Positions 49,600-60,830 of a DNA stretch of 64,000 bases are shown here, in pieces. The notes beneath the pieces were generated by a model that did no database searches, was not told the origin of the DNA, and saw only the letters and a program-made list of their open reading frames with translations. The stretch's first letter is position 1. The number at the start of each line of letters is the position of its first letter. The position numbers and the translations under genes are program-made. The stretch comes from Antechinus flavipes (taxonomy: Eukaryota), in contig NC_067399.1 in NCBI RefSeq assembly GCF_016432865.1, positions 514,042,001-514,106,000 of the forward strand, given 5' to 3'.

Positions 49600-50380
49600 T
49601 GTTTCCCAGGTCGGCGTAGGCGTCACGAGCAACAGCATCATCCCCATCCCTGAGGCCTAGGCCCGGAGCTCGAGCCTAGGAGTGGCTGGGACTTTGCAAA
49701 GGGCGGCGGCAGGGTCGGTCCAGGTTTGCTCTAGGAGGTCTCCTCGGCCACAGAGCGGCGAAGCAGAGACCTCGGGGGCAGACTCGAGAGGTGTGGGGGC
49801 CCACCCCCACCCAGGCCGCAAAGCGGCATCAGCACCTTGAAGGCCAGAGTGGTGGTTCCGTGAAGAAGTTCGATCCCCGGCTCATCCGGGGCACCCCAGC
49901 TGGGAGCCGCCAGACTCAGCCCATCTCCGGGAGCCCCCGGACCCAGGTCCAGAAGGTCTGAACGACCCCCGAGCCCGAAAAACCCGACCCCGTTCACAGG
50001 CAGAGGACTCTCCAACACGCTGGCGAGCGCCATGTTTACTAAGGGAAAACGGAAGTCGTACGGGCGGCTTCACGTCGCCCGCTATATAGGGATCGGCGGC
50101 CTTTTTGGAAAAGGGCAACCTGGCAAAGCCTGCCCGTCCGAGCTTCGCATGTATCGCGACAATGGGAGTGGCCAGCCATCTTGGGTCCGGGCAGCCTGGG
50201 GCCCGCCCCCAGACCAGCAAAGCCCCAACCGAGAAAGCCGCTTTGGCAGAGGGGTAAAAAGTCGACCCGCTTGATTTTCGTTCAAACTTTGGAGCCATCT
50301 TAATTTGGGTTATAGTGCACTTTAGCCTCCGAGCCACAGGAAACAGCTCCCATATTGAGAGTGGCGGACATCTTGGAAAA
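49600..50380 (-). promoter_or_regulatory. PSMB5: PSMB5 CpG-island promoter
   Basis: CpG-rich; ETS motif cggaagt ~50048-50054; YY1 motifs gccatctt at 50175-50182 and 50294-50301; YY1-like CGCCATGTT overlapping the start codon. Confidence 0.8.
49836..50033 (-). CDS. PSMB5: PSMB5 exon 1 (propeptide and HG|TTTLAFK with catalytic Thr1)
   Basis: 198 bp, [14 protein letters not shown]...[14 protein letters not shown]|gtgct donor; the three exons total 792 bp = 263 aa. Confidence 0.98.
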
Positions 50381-50670
50381 GGGAATGACTGGCTGAAAAG
50401 TTGTTTTGACCCTTCTTAAGTTTTCTTATATCCTCTCCCACCCTGTCTTTTGTTTCTTACCCTACAGAAAGCCTCCCATTGAAACCACTCATTCTCCCGT
50501 TTTGAATAAGGACAGAGCCTAATTCTGAGTGAAATCTTGTGGTGGGACCATTTCCCTCTGAAACAAAACCACACTTCAGCAATCTGTGGTAATAGAATGG
50601 CATGAGACCTCATAATTAGTTATTAAAAACTAATGGCCTTCCCATCCACTTGTGTTAATAGTGTTGTTTA

Positions 50671-52097
50671 TAAAACTGCTGGGAAAATTGGAAACTGGTA
50701 TGGTAGAAACTAGGTATTGACCCACCCCTAACACCATATACCAAGATAAGGTCAAAATGGATTCATGATTTGGACATAAAGAGTGATATTATAAGCAAAT
50801 TAGAAGAACATAGGACAGTTTATCTCTCAGGTCTGTGGAGAAGGAAGGAATTTGTGACCAAAGGAGAACTGGAGCTCATAATCGAATACCAAATAGATAA
50901 TTTTGATTATGTTAAGTTAAAAAGTTTCTGTACAAACAAAACTAATGCAGACAAGATTAGAAGGGAAGCAATAAGCTGGGAAAACATTTTTATATTTAAG
51001 GATTCTGGAAAAGGCTTCATTTCTAAAATATATAGAGAATTGACTCAGATTTATAAGAATTCAAGCCATTCTCCAATTGATAAATGGTCAAAGGATATGA
51101 ACAGACAATTTTCAGATGATGAAATTGAAACTATTTCCACTCATATGAAAGAGTGTTCCAAATCATTATTGATCAGAGAAATGCAAATTTAAGACAACTC
51201 TGAGATAACATCACACACCTTTCAGATTGGCTAAGAAGACAGGAAAGGATAATGACGAGTGCTGGAGGGAATGTGAGAAAACTGGGACGCTAATACCTTT
51301 TTGGTGGAATTGTAAAGGGATCCAGTCATTCTTGAGAGCAATTTGGAATTGTGCTCAAAGAGCTAACAAACTGTGCATACCCTTTAATCCAGCAGTATTT
51401 CTACTGGGCTTGTATCCCAAAGAGATCTTAAAGGAGGAAAAGGGACCCATATGTGCAAAAACGTTTGTGGCAGCCTGCTTTGTAGTGGTCAGGAACTGGA
51501 AACTGAATGGACACCCATCAATTGGAGAATGGCTGAATAAGTTATGATATATGAATGTTATGGAATATTAATGTTCTAAAAGAAATGATCAGGAGGATGA
51601 TTTCAGAAAGGCCTGTAGAGACTTATATGAACTGAAGCTGAGTGAAATGAGCAGAAACAAGAGATCATTAAACACGGCAACAACAAGGTTATATGAGGAT
51701 CAATTCTGATGGACATGGCTCTTTCCAACAATGAGATGACTGATGCCAGTTCCAATGATCTTGTGAAGATAGATCTTTACACCCGGAGAGAGGATTGTGG
51801 GAACTGAGTGTGGATCACAATATAACATTCTCATTCTTAGTGTGTGCTTGCACTTTGTTTTCTTACTCATTTTCTTGATTTTTGATCTGACTTTTCTTAT
51901 GCAGTAAGATAATTGTATAAATATGTTTACCTATATTGGATTTAACATATTTTAACATATTTAACATATATTGGATTGCTTGCCATCTAGGTGAGGGAGT
52001 GGGGAGGAGGGGAAAATTTGGAACACAAGTCTATGCAAGGATCAATGTTGAAAAATTACCCATGCATACGTTTTGAAAATTAAAATTTAAAAAAAAA
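50671..52097 (+). mobile_element. 5'-truncated L1 (ORF2 C-terminal remnants plus 3'UTR) with TSD
   Basis: ORFs 50770-51192 and 51227-51547 are L1 ORF2 pieces (CWRECEKTGTLIPFWW); TSD aatagtgttgttta at 50657-50670 and 52098-52111. Confidence 0.95.
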
Positions 52098-52369
52098 AAT
52101 AGTGTTGTTTAAAAGTAGCACAATTAGAATATTTGAGATTCTTTTCACTCTTATTCTTTGGTAAAGATTCTATTAGCAAATGAACTATCCAAATGTCAAA
52201 TGCTAGGAACTCAAAAGTGGAAAAAAAGGTACTTGGATAATCTATCATCCAGCCCTAAACAATGGAAGCAACAGTAATTTGCCAACAGGGAACATACATA
52301 TATACACTGGATACTAGAGAATCTCCAGACATATAAAGGAGCAATGGAAAGAGTAGGAATACATACTAT

Positions 52370-52945
52370 TTGTTTTTTAAAATATAATTTAATTTTTTAT
52401 TATAGCTTTTTATATACAAAAGATGTGCATGGGTAATTTTTCTTTCTTTTAAATTATAGCTTTTTATTAACAGAATATATGCATGTGTAACTTTTACAAC
52501 ATTGTCCCTTGCTTCTGTTTCACTTCTGTTTCAACTTTTCCCTTTCCTCCCTCCATCCCCTCCCCTAGATGGCAGGCAGTCCCATACATGTTAAACATGT
52601 TAAAGTATATCCTAGTTACAATATATGTGTGCAGATCCATATAATTCTCTTATTGCACAAGAAAAATCGGATTCAGAAGGTAAAAATAACCTGGGAAGAA
52701 AGCAAAGATGTAAGTAGTCCACATTCATTTCCCAGTGTTCCTTCTCTGGATGTAGCTGATTCTGTCCATCATTGATCAATTGGAACTGAATTAGATCTTC
52801 TCTTTGTCAAAGATATTCACTTCCATCAGAATACATCCTCATACAGTATTGTTGTTGAAGTGTATAATGATCTCCTGGTTCTGCTCATTTCACTTAGCAT
52901 CAGTTCATGTCTCTCCAAACCTCTCTGTATTCATCCTGCTGGTCA
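52370..52945 (-). mobile_element. L1 3' end with two consecutive tails
   Basis: Two attatagcttttta...gcatg.gtaa tail motifs (~52390-52440 and ~52452 onward) followed by L1 3'UTR. Confidence 0.8.
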
Positions 52946-55939
52946 TCAGAATTTAGATTTGGAAGAGAACCTCAGGGATATGAAGGGTTGTCATATAGAA
53001 GAATTAAGAGTTGTTATATTTGGCCCTATAGATCAATGGATGAAAGTAGCAAAGTAACAAAATTAGGCTTCCTGTCAGGCAAAACTTCTATTAGAACTAT
53101 CCAGAAGGGGAACAAAATGCTCCAGAGAAGCAGCGGGACAGGCTGTAGGTCTGTAGGTTATGGTGGGCATTCCTTTTGGCTGTGGATTTGATTAGATGGT
53201 TAATAAGTCCCCTTTCCAAATCAAAATTCTGTGATTTTATGACATATGTCATTGCCTTGTTCCTAAATTTTAATTAAGTTCAAAGGACAGATAAAAACCA
53301 GAAAGTAGATATGTGTCTTTAATGATGTACCCATTTCTGGATATATAACATGTAAAGTGCCTGAAATTTCAGTCAGTACCATTCCTTCTATGGCAGTTGC
53401 TAGCTCCTTTTTCTCACCTTCCCAAACACATACCTTTATCCTTTTCTCACACTACATGTGTTGAATTCTCAAACTTGAAATCTAGCAACCTTCTTTAAAC
53501 TACTGAGTTTATTAGACTGAAAAGAAGAAATATATTTCCCCCCACTCTTGGATTATATAAAGAATTGCAGGATTCATCTAATCAATCATCTTTCCAGTGT
53601 CTACTATTCTCCTTCACTTCCTTATTTCTACGAGTAGTGCCATTATTCTTCCAGTCACCCAGACCAGAAATCTGGGAATCAACTTTGACTACTCATTCTT
53701 ACCATATTCTGTCAATTCCTCTCTCAGTTTTATTGTTTCCATTCTGTTTCTTCTTCAACCATTCTAAGTAAGCACTTTATTCCTCATTCTTAGACTATAG
53801 TGTACCTCCTAACTGGTATCCCTGCCTCTAGTAGTCCCTACCCTCTTCCAATTCATTTTTTTAAAACAATTCTCAGTAGTAATAATAATAGCTATCATGT
53901 ATAGCTTACTATGTTCCAAGTACTATGACTAAGCACTTTACAATTACCTCATTTGATCTTCACACAACCCTGGAAGATAGGTGCTATTATTAGCTCCATT
54001 TTATAGTTGAGGAAACTGTGGCAAACATCGAATAAGTGACTTTTCTAGAGTCACATTGCTGTAAGTATTTAAAGTCTTCCTGAGTTCAGGCCCAGTGCTC
54101 TATTCATAGTGCCATCAGCTACCTCTTAAGTGTGACTTTTATTATAGATCCTACTCAGAAAATATCTAGTGACTTTCTATTGTAGTAGAATAAACTCCAA
54201 ACTCCCTAACCTGGCTTTCATGGACTTTTTTTCTTGGTATTCCTGGTTCCTTTTTTCTATGCTCCCACTGCTCTTTGTATATTTTTATGACTGAAATACC
54301 AACTCAATTCCCTCCTTCCCCTACCTCCCTTGTAAAACCTTACTTGTCCTTTAAGGTCTAGCTCAAATGCTACCTCTATTATTAATTTTTCCTTGATTCT
54401 ACTTCCTGGTGCACTTCCCCTGCTCCATTCCATACCTTATCAGTGATGATCATTGTGTAGATTTTTGGCTAGGGAAATCAGGGAAGTTATCACGGACAAG
54501 GTAGCATTTGATCTGAGCCTTGAATGATGAGAAAGGAAGGGAAGGGAAGGGAAGTTGCTATAGGGATATGAAGGACTATAAGATTTTCATCCTTCCCTTA
54601 AGAAGCTTTGCAATCTGATTGTGTAGACAAGATAAAGACATAAAGCTCAGATATTCAAAATAATGTATAGAGGTTGTCAAATGAACATTATAGATAAGTG
54701 CTTCAGAAGATTGGAAGTGGGAAAGGAGGTTGTAACAGAATAGTCAGAAAAGGCTCAGGAAGGAGGTGGATCTGAATTGGGCTTTGGGTAAAGATTCAGA
54801 TAACTGAAGAAGAGAAAAGGAAGGGTAATCCAGATATAATGAGGAAGAGATAGTAAGTAGTTGATGGTGCTAAGAATGAGATAAACAAAGGCAAAAATAG
54901 ATCTGTTTTGAGAAAACACAATGATTAGGTCCATCTATCAGTAGCAGAAGGACCTTGTAAGGAGAAATGGGAAATACAAAGAAGTAGGTTGTAGCCAAAT
55001 TATAAAGGGCCATAAATATAGTTGGCTAAAGTGTGTGGGTTTTGTTTTATAGGCAATGGGACCCACTGAAAGTTTTTGAGTAGGAGAATATGAAAATACC
55101 AAATGTTTTTGAAGATTAATGTATCTATGGGGTTCAGGACTGGTTAAAGAGACTGGGGGCTGGGAGGCCAGTTAAATAACAAGGCTTGTAATTATCCAGG
55201 TGAGAGGTAAGGAAAAGGGCATGAAGGCAATGGGGATGAAAAGGCAAGAAACTCTGTTAAGAGAGAATATAGAACTAACCACAGATAGAGAAGCTTTGTC
55301 TTATATTTTGAAACATAATTATGGCTTCTTTATTTTTTTTTATTTTTTTTTCTGGCTTCTTTAGACTTCCTAAAGTAAGAGAAAGAACTAAAAGGTCTTG
55401 AGAGATCCAGCCAAAATATATCTTGTGACATATTTTTGCACCATTAAAAGTGTATCACTCTATGACCTAGGTTAGCATATAATACTAACAAGGAGAAAAG
55501 TTTGATCTCTGCAGGGACTGCTTAGGTTTATTATGTTCTATGGTGATGGACTGTAAGCCTAGGCCTGAAGGGCTGTCTTGGAAATGTTTGCTATTTATCA
55601 CAGGATAAATGAGAGAGTATGAATAGATTAGTGCAAATCTTTCCCCACTGTTGGAAAAACAACTCATAGAATAGTTCCTTCTGCTGATAAGTCAGTATTG
55701 TTTTGTTTGTTTTTTAAATGGGAAGAATGGACTGTGGCAAATTAATGCTAGAGCAGGGAGGGGCAGTTGCAAATTATAATTTCTTTTCAGTTTACCTCTA
55801 GTAAAGGCTGCCTTTTATGGGAGGGATTTGAACTCTCTCACCGCCCCCTCCCCCCCTTTTCCTCTATTAATTGTTCGCTTTTCTGTGACATAAGCTCTCT
55901 TTCACCTTCTTGGGCTGAATATATGAACTAGGCTAAATC

Positions 55940-56030
55940 ACTAGGAAGAAAGGAAAGAAGGAAGGAGAAAGAGAGGGAAGGAAGAAAGTAATGGAAGGAG
56001 GAAGGAAAGGAAAATGAGAAGAGAATAATT
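55940..56030. repeat. Purine-rich (GGAA/GAAA) low-complexity tract
   Basis: Almost pure G/A run. Confidence 0.85.
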
Positions 56031-56367
56031 GCAAAAACTGATAGTGCGTGATGCTTTAAGGTTTGCAAAGGGTTTCACAACAGTTTCCTTAATTCACACA
56101 ATAGGGCTATGAGATAAGGTTCTACATGTATCATGATCCTCATTTTACAGATAAGGAAAGAAGGGAGAAAAAGAAGGCAAGACACACAGATCACGCCTCC
56201 ATCTCTTCCTCCAAGAAATCCCCTACTCCTCCACGCTTCCCCGGGGATACATGGAGTGTGACAAAGAGGTGGTTGCAGGGGTCACTCTCAAGGACAGCAT
56301 GGGCCACAGAGAAGGGCGGCATCCCCTAGCCACAGGACTCTTCCTGCCCCACCTGATGCTCTTCAGT

Positions 56368-56467
56368 AGGAGCGTCCCTTCTCAGTGCTCTCGCCTAGCT
56401 CTGGCTACAGTCCAGCTTTTCAGGAGCGTCCCTCGCGTTCCCCTGTTGCTGTCCACAACCCTTATAA
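56368..56467 (+). promoter_or_regulatory. PSMB11: PSMB11 proximal promoter: two AGGAGCGTCCCT repeats (FOXN1 core GACGC on minus) and TATA-like TTATAA
   Basis: Identical 12-mers at 56368-56379 and 56422-56433; ttataa at 56462-56467, about 40 bp before the ATG at 56506. Confidence 0.7.
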
Positions 56468-56505
56468 CCCTGCCCGCTTCCACCTGGCCTCCGCTTGTTC
56501 CTGGG

Positions 56506-57291
56506 ATGGCTCTGGAGAACGTGTGCAGCTGGCAGGCGCCCGAAGGCCTACAGCCTCGCCTGCCTGGGGCCGGGGACTGGGCCCTCCCCAGGGGCTGTGA
56601 GCCCCGTGCTTTTCTGCAGACACGGGGCCCAGAACTGGCCCACGGCACCACCACCCTAGCCTTCCGATTCCGCCACGGGGTCATTGCCGCGGCTGATACC
56701 CGCTCTTCCTGTGGCTCCTATGTGGCCTGCCCCGCTTCCCAGAAAGTCATCCCTGTGCACCAGCACCTCGTGGGCACCACCTCGGGCACCTCTGCCGACT
56801 GTGCCACCTGGTACCGAGTACTGCAGCGGGAACTGCGCCTGCGGGCTCTGAGGGAGGGCCGGCTGCCCTCGGTGGCAGGGGCTGCCAAGCTGCTCGCCGC
56901 CATGCTCTTCCGGTACCGGGGCCTGGGGCTGTGTGTGGCCACAGCTCTGTGTGGCTGGGACCAGGCCGGCCCTGCCCTCTTTTACGTCTACAGTGACGGG
57001 ACCCTCCTGGCTGGCGACGTCTTCTCCGTGGGGTCCGGCTCGCCCTATGCCTATGGGGTGATGGACCGGGGCTACCGCTACGACATGACCATCCAGGAGG
57101 CCTATTCTCTGGCTCGCCGAGCTGTGGCCCACGCCACCCGCAGGGATGCCTACTCAGGGGGCTCTGTGGACCTGTACCACGTGAAGGAGAGCGGCTGGGA
57201 GCGAGTGTCCCGAGAGGACGCCTGTGTGCTGTATGCCAGCCTGCAGGAGACCGGGGACCAGGGGGAAGAGACCTCCCCTCCGACCTCCTGA
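56506..57291 (+). CDS. PSMB11: Proteasome subunit beta type-11 (thymoproteasome beta5t), intronless, 261 aa
   Basis: [10 protein letters not shown]...AHG|[40 protein letters not shown]...; T1, D17 and K33 intact; start chosen by similarity to human MALQDVCKWQ; single exon; head-to-head with PSMB5. Confidence 0.96.
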   Translation: MALENVCSWQAPEGLQPRLPGAGDWALPRGCEPRAFLQTRGPELAHGTTTLAFRFRHGVIAAADTRSSCGSYVACPASQKVIPVHQHLVGTTSGTSADCATWYRVLQRELRLRALREGRLPSVAGAAKLLAAMLFRYRGLGLCVATALCGWDQAGPALFYVYSDGTLLAGDVFSVGSGSPYAYGVMDRGYRYDMTIQEAYSLARRAVAHATRRDAYSGGSVDLYHVKESGWERVSREDACVLYASLQETGDQGEETSPPTS

Positions 57292-57524
57292 GCCGTCTCT
57301 TCTGTGCCCCACTTGTGCTTGGAGCTCACTGAACCACCCCGCCAAAGGGCCAGGGGGATTCCGGCACCAGAAGAGGGGGCTCTTGGAGGCAAAGAAGACT
57401 GAGAAACGCTGGGAGGAGCTAGCAGTATGTGGACAGCATGCTGACAAGGGGGCCAAGTGAATGAAGACCTCCCGGGACCCCGTCATCTGGTTCTATCCTC
57501 TCCAGATCTCCTTCTCAGCTTCCT

Positions 57525-57700
57525 GGAAGCCTCCACCCAGACTGGACGCTGCCTTCCAGACTAATTGACTTCTGTCCTTGTCCTCTGATCACTCCCACAG
57601 ATCATTCAAGCCTCCCCCCTGCTCTGAATTCCCCCCAAGAATGTAAACTGGGCTCCCTAGATTCATTTTCCTCTCACCCGTTTCTCCCTCTGTGCTCTCA
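57525..57700 (+). repeat. Diverged direct repeat, copy A (PSMB11 3' region)
   Basis: Aligns with 59089-59270 (ggaagcctcca.ccagactgga...agattcattttcctctca). Confidence 0.85.
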
Positions 57701-59088
57701 CACGTGTTTTTTCCAAGCCTTTCTACCTTTTTGTTTTCTCCATCGAGACCAGTTCCTTCCTGCTTTTAGCTGTTTCTCTCATCTGCTCTTTCCCTTTCTT
57801 TGTTTTCTTCTAATTCTGAAGGTGGAACCACTTTTGGCAGCTTCCCATTGTTCCCTCCACCCTCATCCAACACTGCCCTCAGCTCCTCCCCGCCTGATTC
57901 TTACACTAGGACACCGGGGATGCTAGAGTCTGACCTCTATGCAGGGGTTAATTAATTTCTGAGACTCAATGCTTCCAGCGCCACAGTTCTATAGTTCTGT
58001 GTGGCCCTGCTCTGTCAGAGACTAGGGATTCTCTTTGGGGGGAGAAGGGGGAACAAATCCTGGGGCTGGGCTGCCTTTTCCTGTAAGGGCCGTAATCTCC
58101 AAATTATTAAAATTAAATTCAACCAATATTTATTATGCACCCAACTATGTGTGGCAGTGTCTGGGGTAGGAAAGGGAGATGAAGATGAACTTTTAGTTCA
58201 AAATAGCCTTTATTCTCAAGAAGCTTACAATCTACCAACGTGAATCTTCCTTGCCTCTACCCCAGGCTTATTTTTGTCCCCCATCCTTCCCCTTTCTGTG
58301 GTCAGTCTTGACTGCAAGGTCTCTGGAAAGGTGACAACTTGATTAGCATAGCTTTGTCAGAGCCTATACTCTCCTTTTTCTGTCTCCAGGACGGGGAATA
58401 GCACTGTTTGCTACTAGAAAGGCTCCAGAGACGCAGCCCCTTCCCACCATCCCTTTGAGAAGAGGTTTTATTTCTGGTTCATTAGGAGGGGGTAGAAAAG
58501 AGGGAAGAGGATGTGGTACCCAACCAAACCATGCCCTTGGGGGCCTCTGGACCTGGAGCTTTGGTTTGAGCAGACTTGCCTCAGTCTGAATGAGCTTTCT
58601 CTGAATCTTATAGACAGATGCTTTAGAGGTTTCAGGTTAGGGGGATAGCCCAGGTTCTTTCCCTACATATTTCATTCTCAACTGGGAGGTACACAAATGC
58701 TATAGTATTTCTGATCATGCAGATTAGCTATCCCCATGTTCTTGGCTTCCTAAGGAGAAATGAAAGAAGGTCTGCAGAAAGGGCAGTCACAAGAGCCTGT
58801 TTCCCCTCCCCAAAGCCACTATCTCAGTCCTTCAGGATATGAAAAGAGCATGACACTAAGGATTTCATGAATTGCTTCCTGTCTAGAGAACAGTTTCATT
58901 CTGGAATAAAGTAGACCAACCACCTTGATTGTTCTACAAAGAATAGACACATGGGGATGGGGGCAGGGGGAGAGAAACATTTGTCTATTAACTGAGATTG
59001 AGAGGAATAAGATAGAGGGGAGAGGTTGAGGTACATTAATAAATATGTGTCTTCATTTACTCCTATCTATTTTAATCCTCTTCTTATC

Positions 59089-59270
59089 GGAAGCCTCCAT
59101 CCAGACTGGAAGTTGCCTTCTAGACTAAATGACTTCTCTCCTTGTCCTCTGATCGCTCCCATAGATCCTTCAAGCCTTCTCTCCTGCTCTGAATCCCGCC
59201 CTCCCCACCAAGAATTTAAATTGGGTTCTCTAGATTCATTTTCCTCTCATTTATTTCTCCTTTGTCCTCC
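59089..59270 (+). repeat. Diverged direct repeat, copy B
   Basis: Roughly 80-85% similar by eye to 57525-57700; offset about 1.56 kb. Confidence 0.85.
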
Positions 59271-60539
59271 TTTGGGGCTGTGAGACCATCAAACTCAGGC
59301 TCATTGGGAATGGCTGAATAACCTAGGGAGGGAGATATTTTGTTGAGGGTAGATCTTAGGTCCTGATTCTTGTTATTTCCCTCTTTTCCATTTATCTTCC
59401 TCAGTTGTCATTAAGCAAACGACTGAAAGAGAGACAGAGACAGACAGATGAACAGACCCAGACAGACACACAGAGACAGAGAGAAACAGGGACAGAGAGA
59501 GAGCATTTGCAGAAGGGACCTGGCAACATGAGAGAGTCAGAAGGGCCAGGAGGGTCCAGAGTGATGTGGCAGAGAAGAAGTAGACATGATGACTCTGTGG
59601 ACGGAGGGAGGAGGACCTCCAAAATCAGGAATAGAATGTGGGGAGGTGCTCAAGGTATGTTCAGGTACTAGACCTGGAGAACATAAGGAAAAGACAGGGA
59701 AGAGAAATATTTTTGTGTGTGAAACTTGGGCTGAGAAGGGCAGGTATATTGATAGAGTGATATGTCCCATCCCATTTACCTTCCCTGGAGTTGTCCCCCA
59801 CTTTATCCCTTCAGGAGGTTCAGTCAGTTCACAATTTGTTTGTCAGGTGGCTTTTGTGGCATCTCCCAGGGAAGTCAAAATCAGTGTTTTTATCTTCCAT
59901 CCTAACTCTTGGATTCCTGAAACTACTCCCCAAAACTCTCTCTCTTTTTCTTTTCCTTTCTCTCTTCAGGTCCTTGTCCTCTAGTTTGTTCTTGGAAGTA
60001 GGATGAGAAAACAGGTGGCATAGCAAGAGAAAAAATTAGATTTATGGCAAAAGGAATGGTCTCGTTGGCATGTTACTGTCTATCCTAGCAAGTTGACGAT
60101 TTTGACAACTGATTATGACTTGGCAACAGATTGTGGCTGAAAAAAGGATAAATTTTAAATCCTGCAGAGGGCTTCAAAAAAATCAGTTGTACAAGTTCAA
60201 GTTCAAGAGGGAAGAAGTTATGGCTAAACCAATAATTCCAATGAATAAAATTTGGGGGTCAGGAACAGAAAGCTCAAGATACAGTGCCTTCAATTCTGGT
60301 TACTTGTTTCTAAAAATTTTTTTATTGTTAATTTTTGTTTACACGTCACCTACATTTACCATTGTATCTCTTTCCTCTGTTCCTTCAGAGATGTCCTTTA
60401 TAACAAACAATAAGAGGAAAAACAAAACAGCTCAGCATAACTGATACAATGAAAAAAATCTGACATGAGCTATTGGTGTTAAGTACCTGTAGTTTCTCTA
60501 CCTTGTCAAGGAATGATCACTATCATCAAATTAAGAGGT

Positions 60540-60830
60540 CATTAAAAGAGGGAAGCAGGAATTTTGTGAAACTGGAGATGGTGTCAGAGAAGACAAAGAG
60601 GGAGCATGACAATTATCCTTAATTCACATATTTAGAGAACTTTCATGAGCAAGAGGGATTAGATTTGTTGGTGGTGGTTTTAGAGGCAAAACTAGAAGAC
60701 AACATAAGTTTCAGAATGGCAGACTTAGCTTTAGCATAACAGAAAAGTTCCCTAATAGTTTGGAAATTTAAGAATGAAATAGGTTGCCTCAGAAGAATAG
60801 ATTTCCTTTCATTGGATGTCTTCAGTAAGA
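60540..60830 (+). mobile_element. L3/CR1-type 3' fragment
   Basis: gagggattagatttg...agaggcaaaactag...aggttgcctcag...tttcctttcattggatgtcttcag resembles the L3 3' end. Confidence 0.55.

Noticed and set aside
50770-51547. 140-aa and 106-aa ORFs as possible genes
   Set aside because: Frameshifted L1 ORF2 remnants inside a TSD-bounded L1.
56251-56505. 85-aa N-terminal extension of the PSMB11 ORF from the upstream ATG
   Set aside because: Not similar to any beta5t propeptide I know, overlaps the FOXN1-like sites and TATA-like box, and the ATG at 56506 matches the human start.
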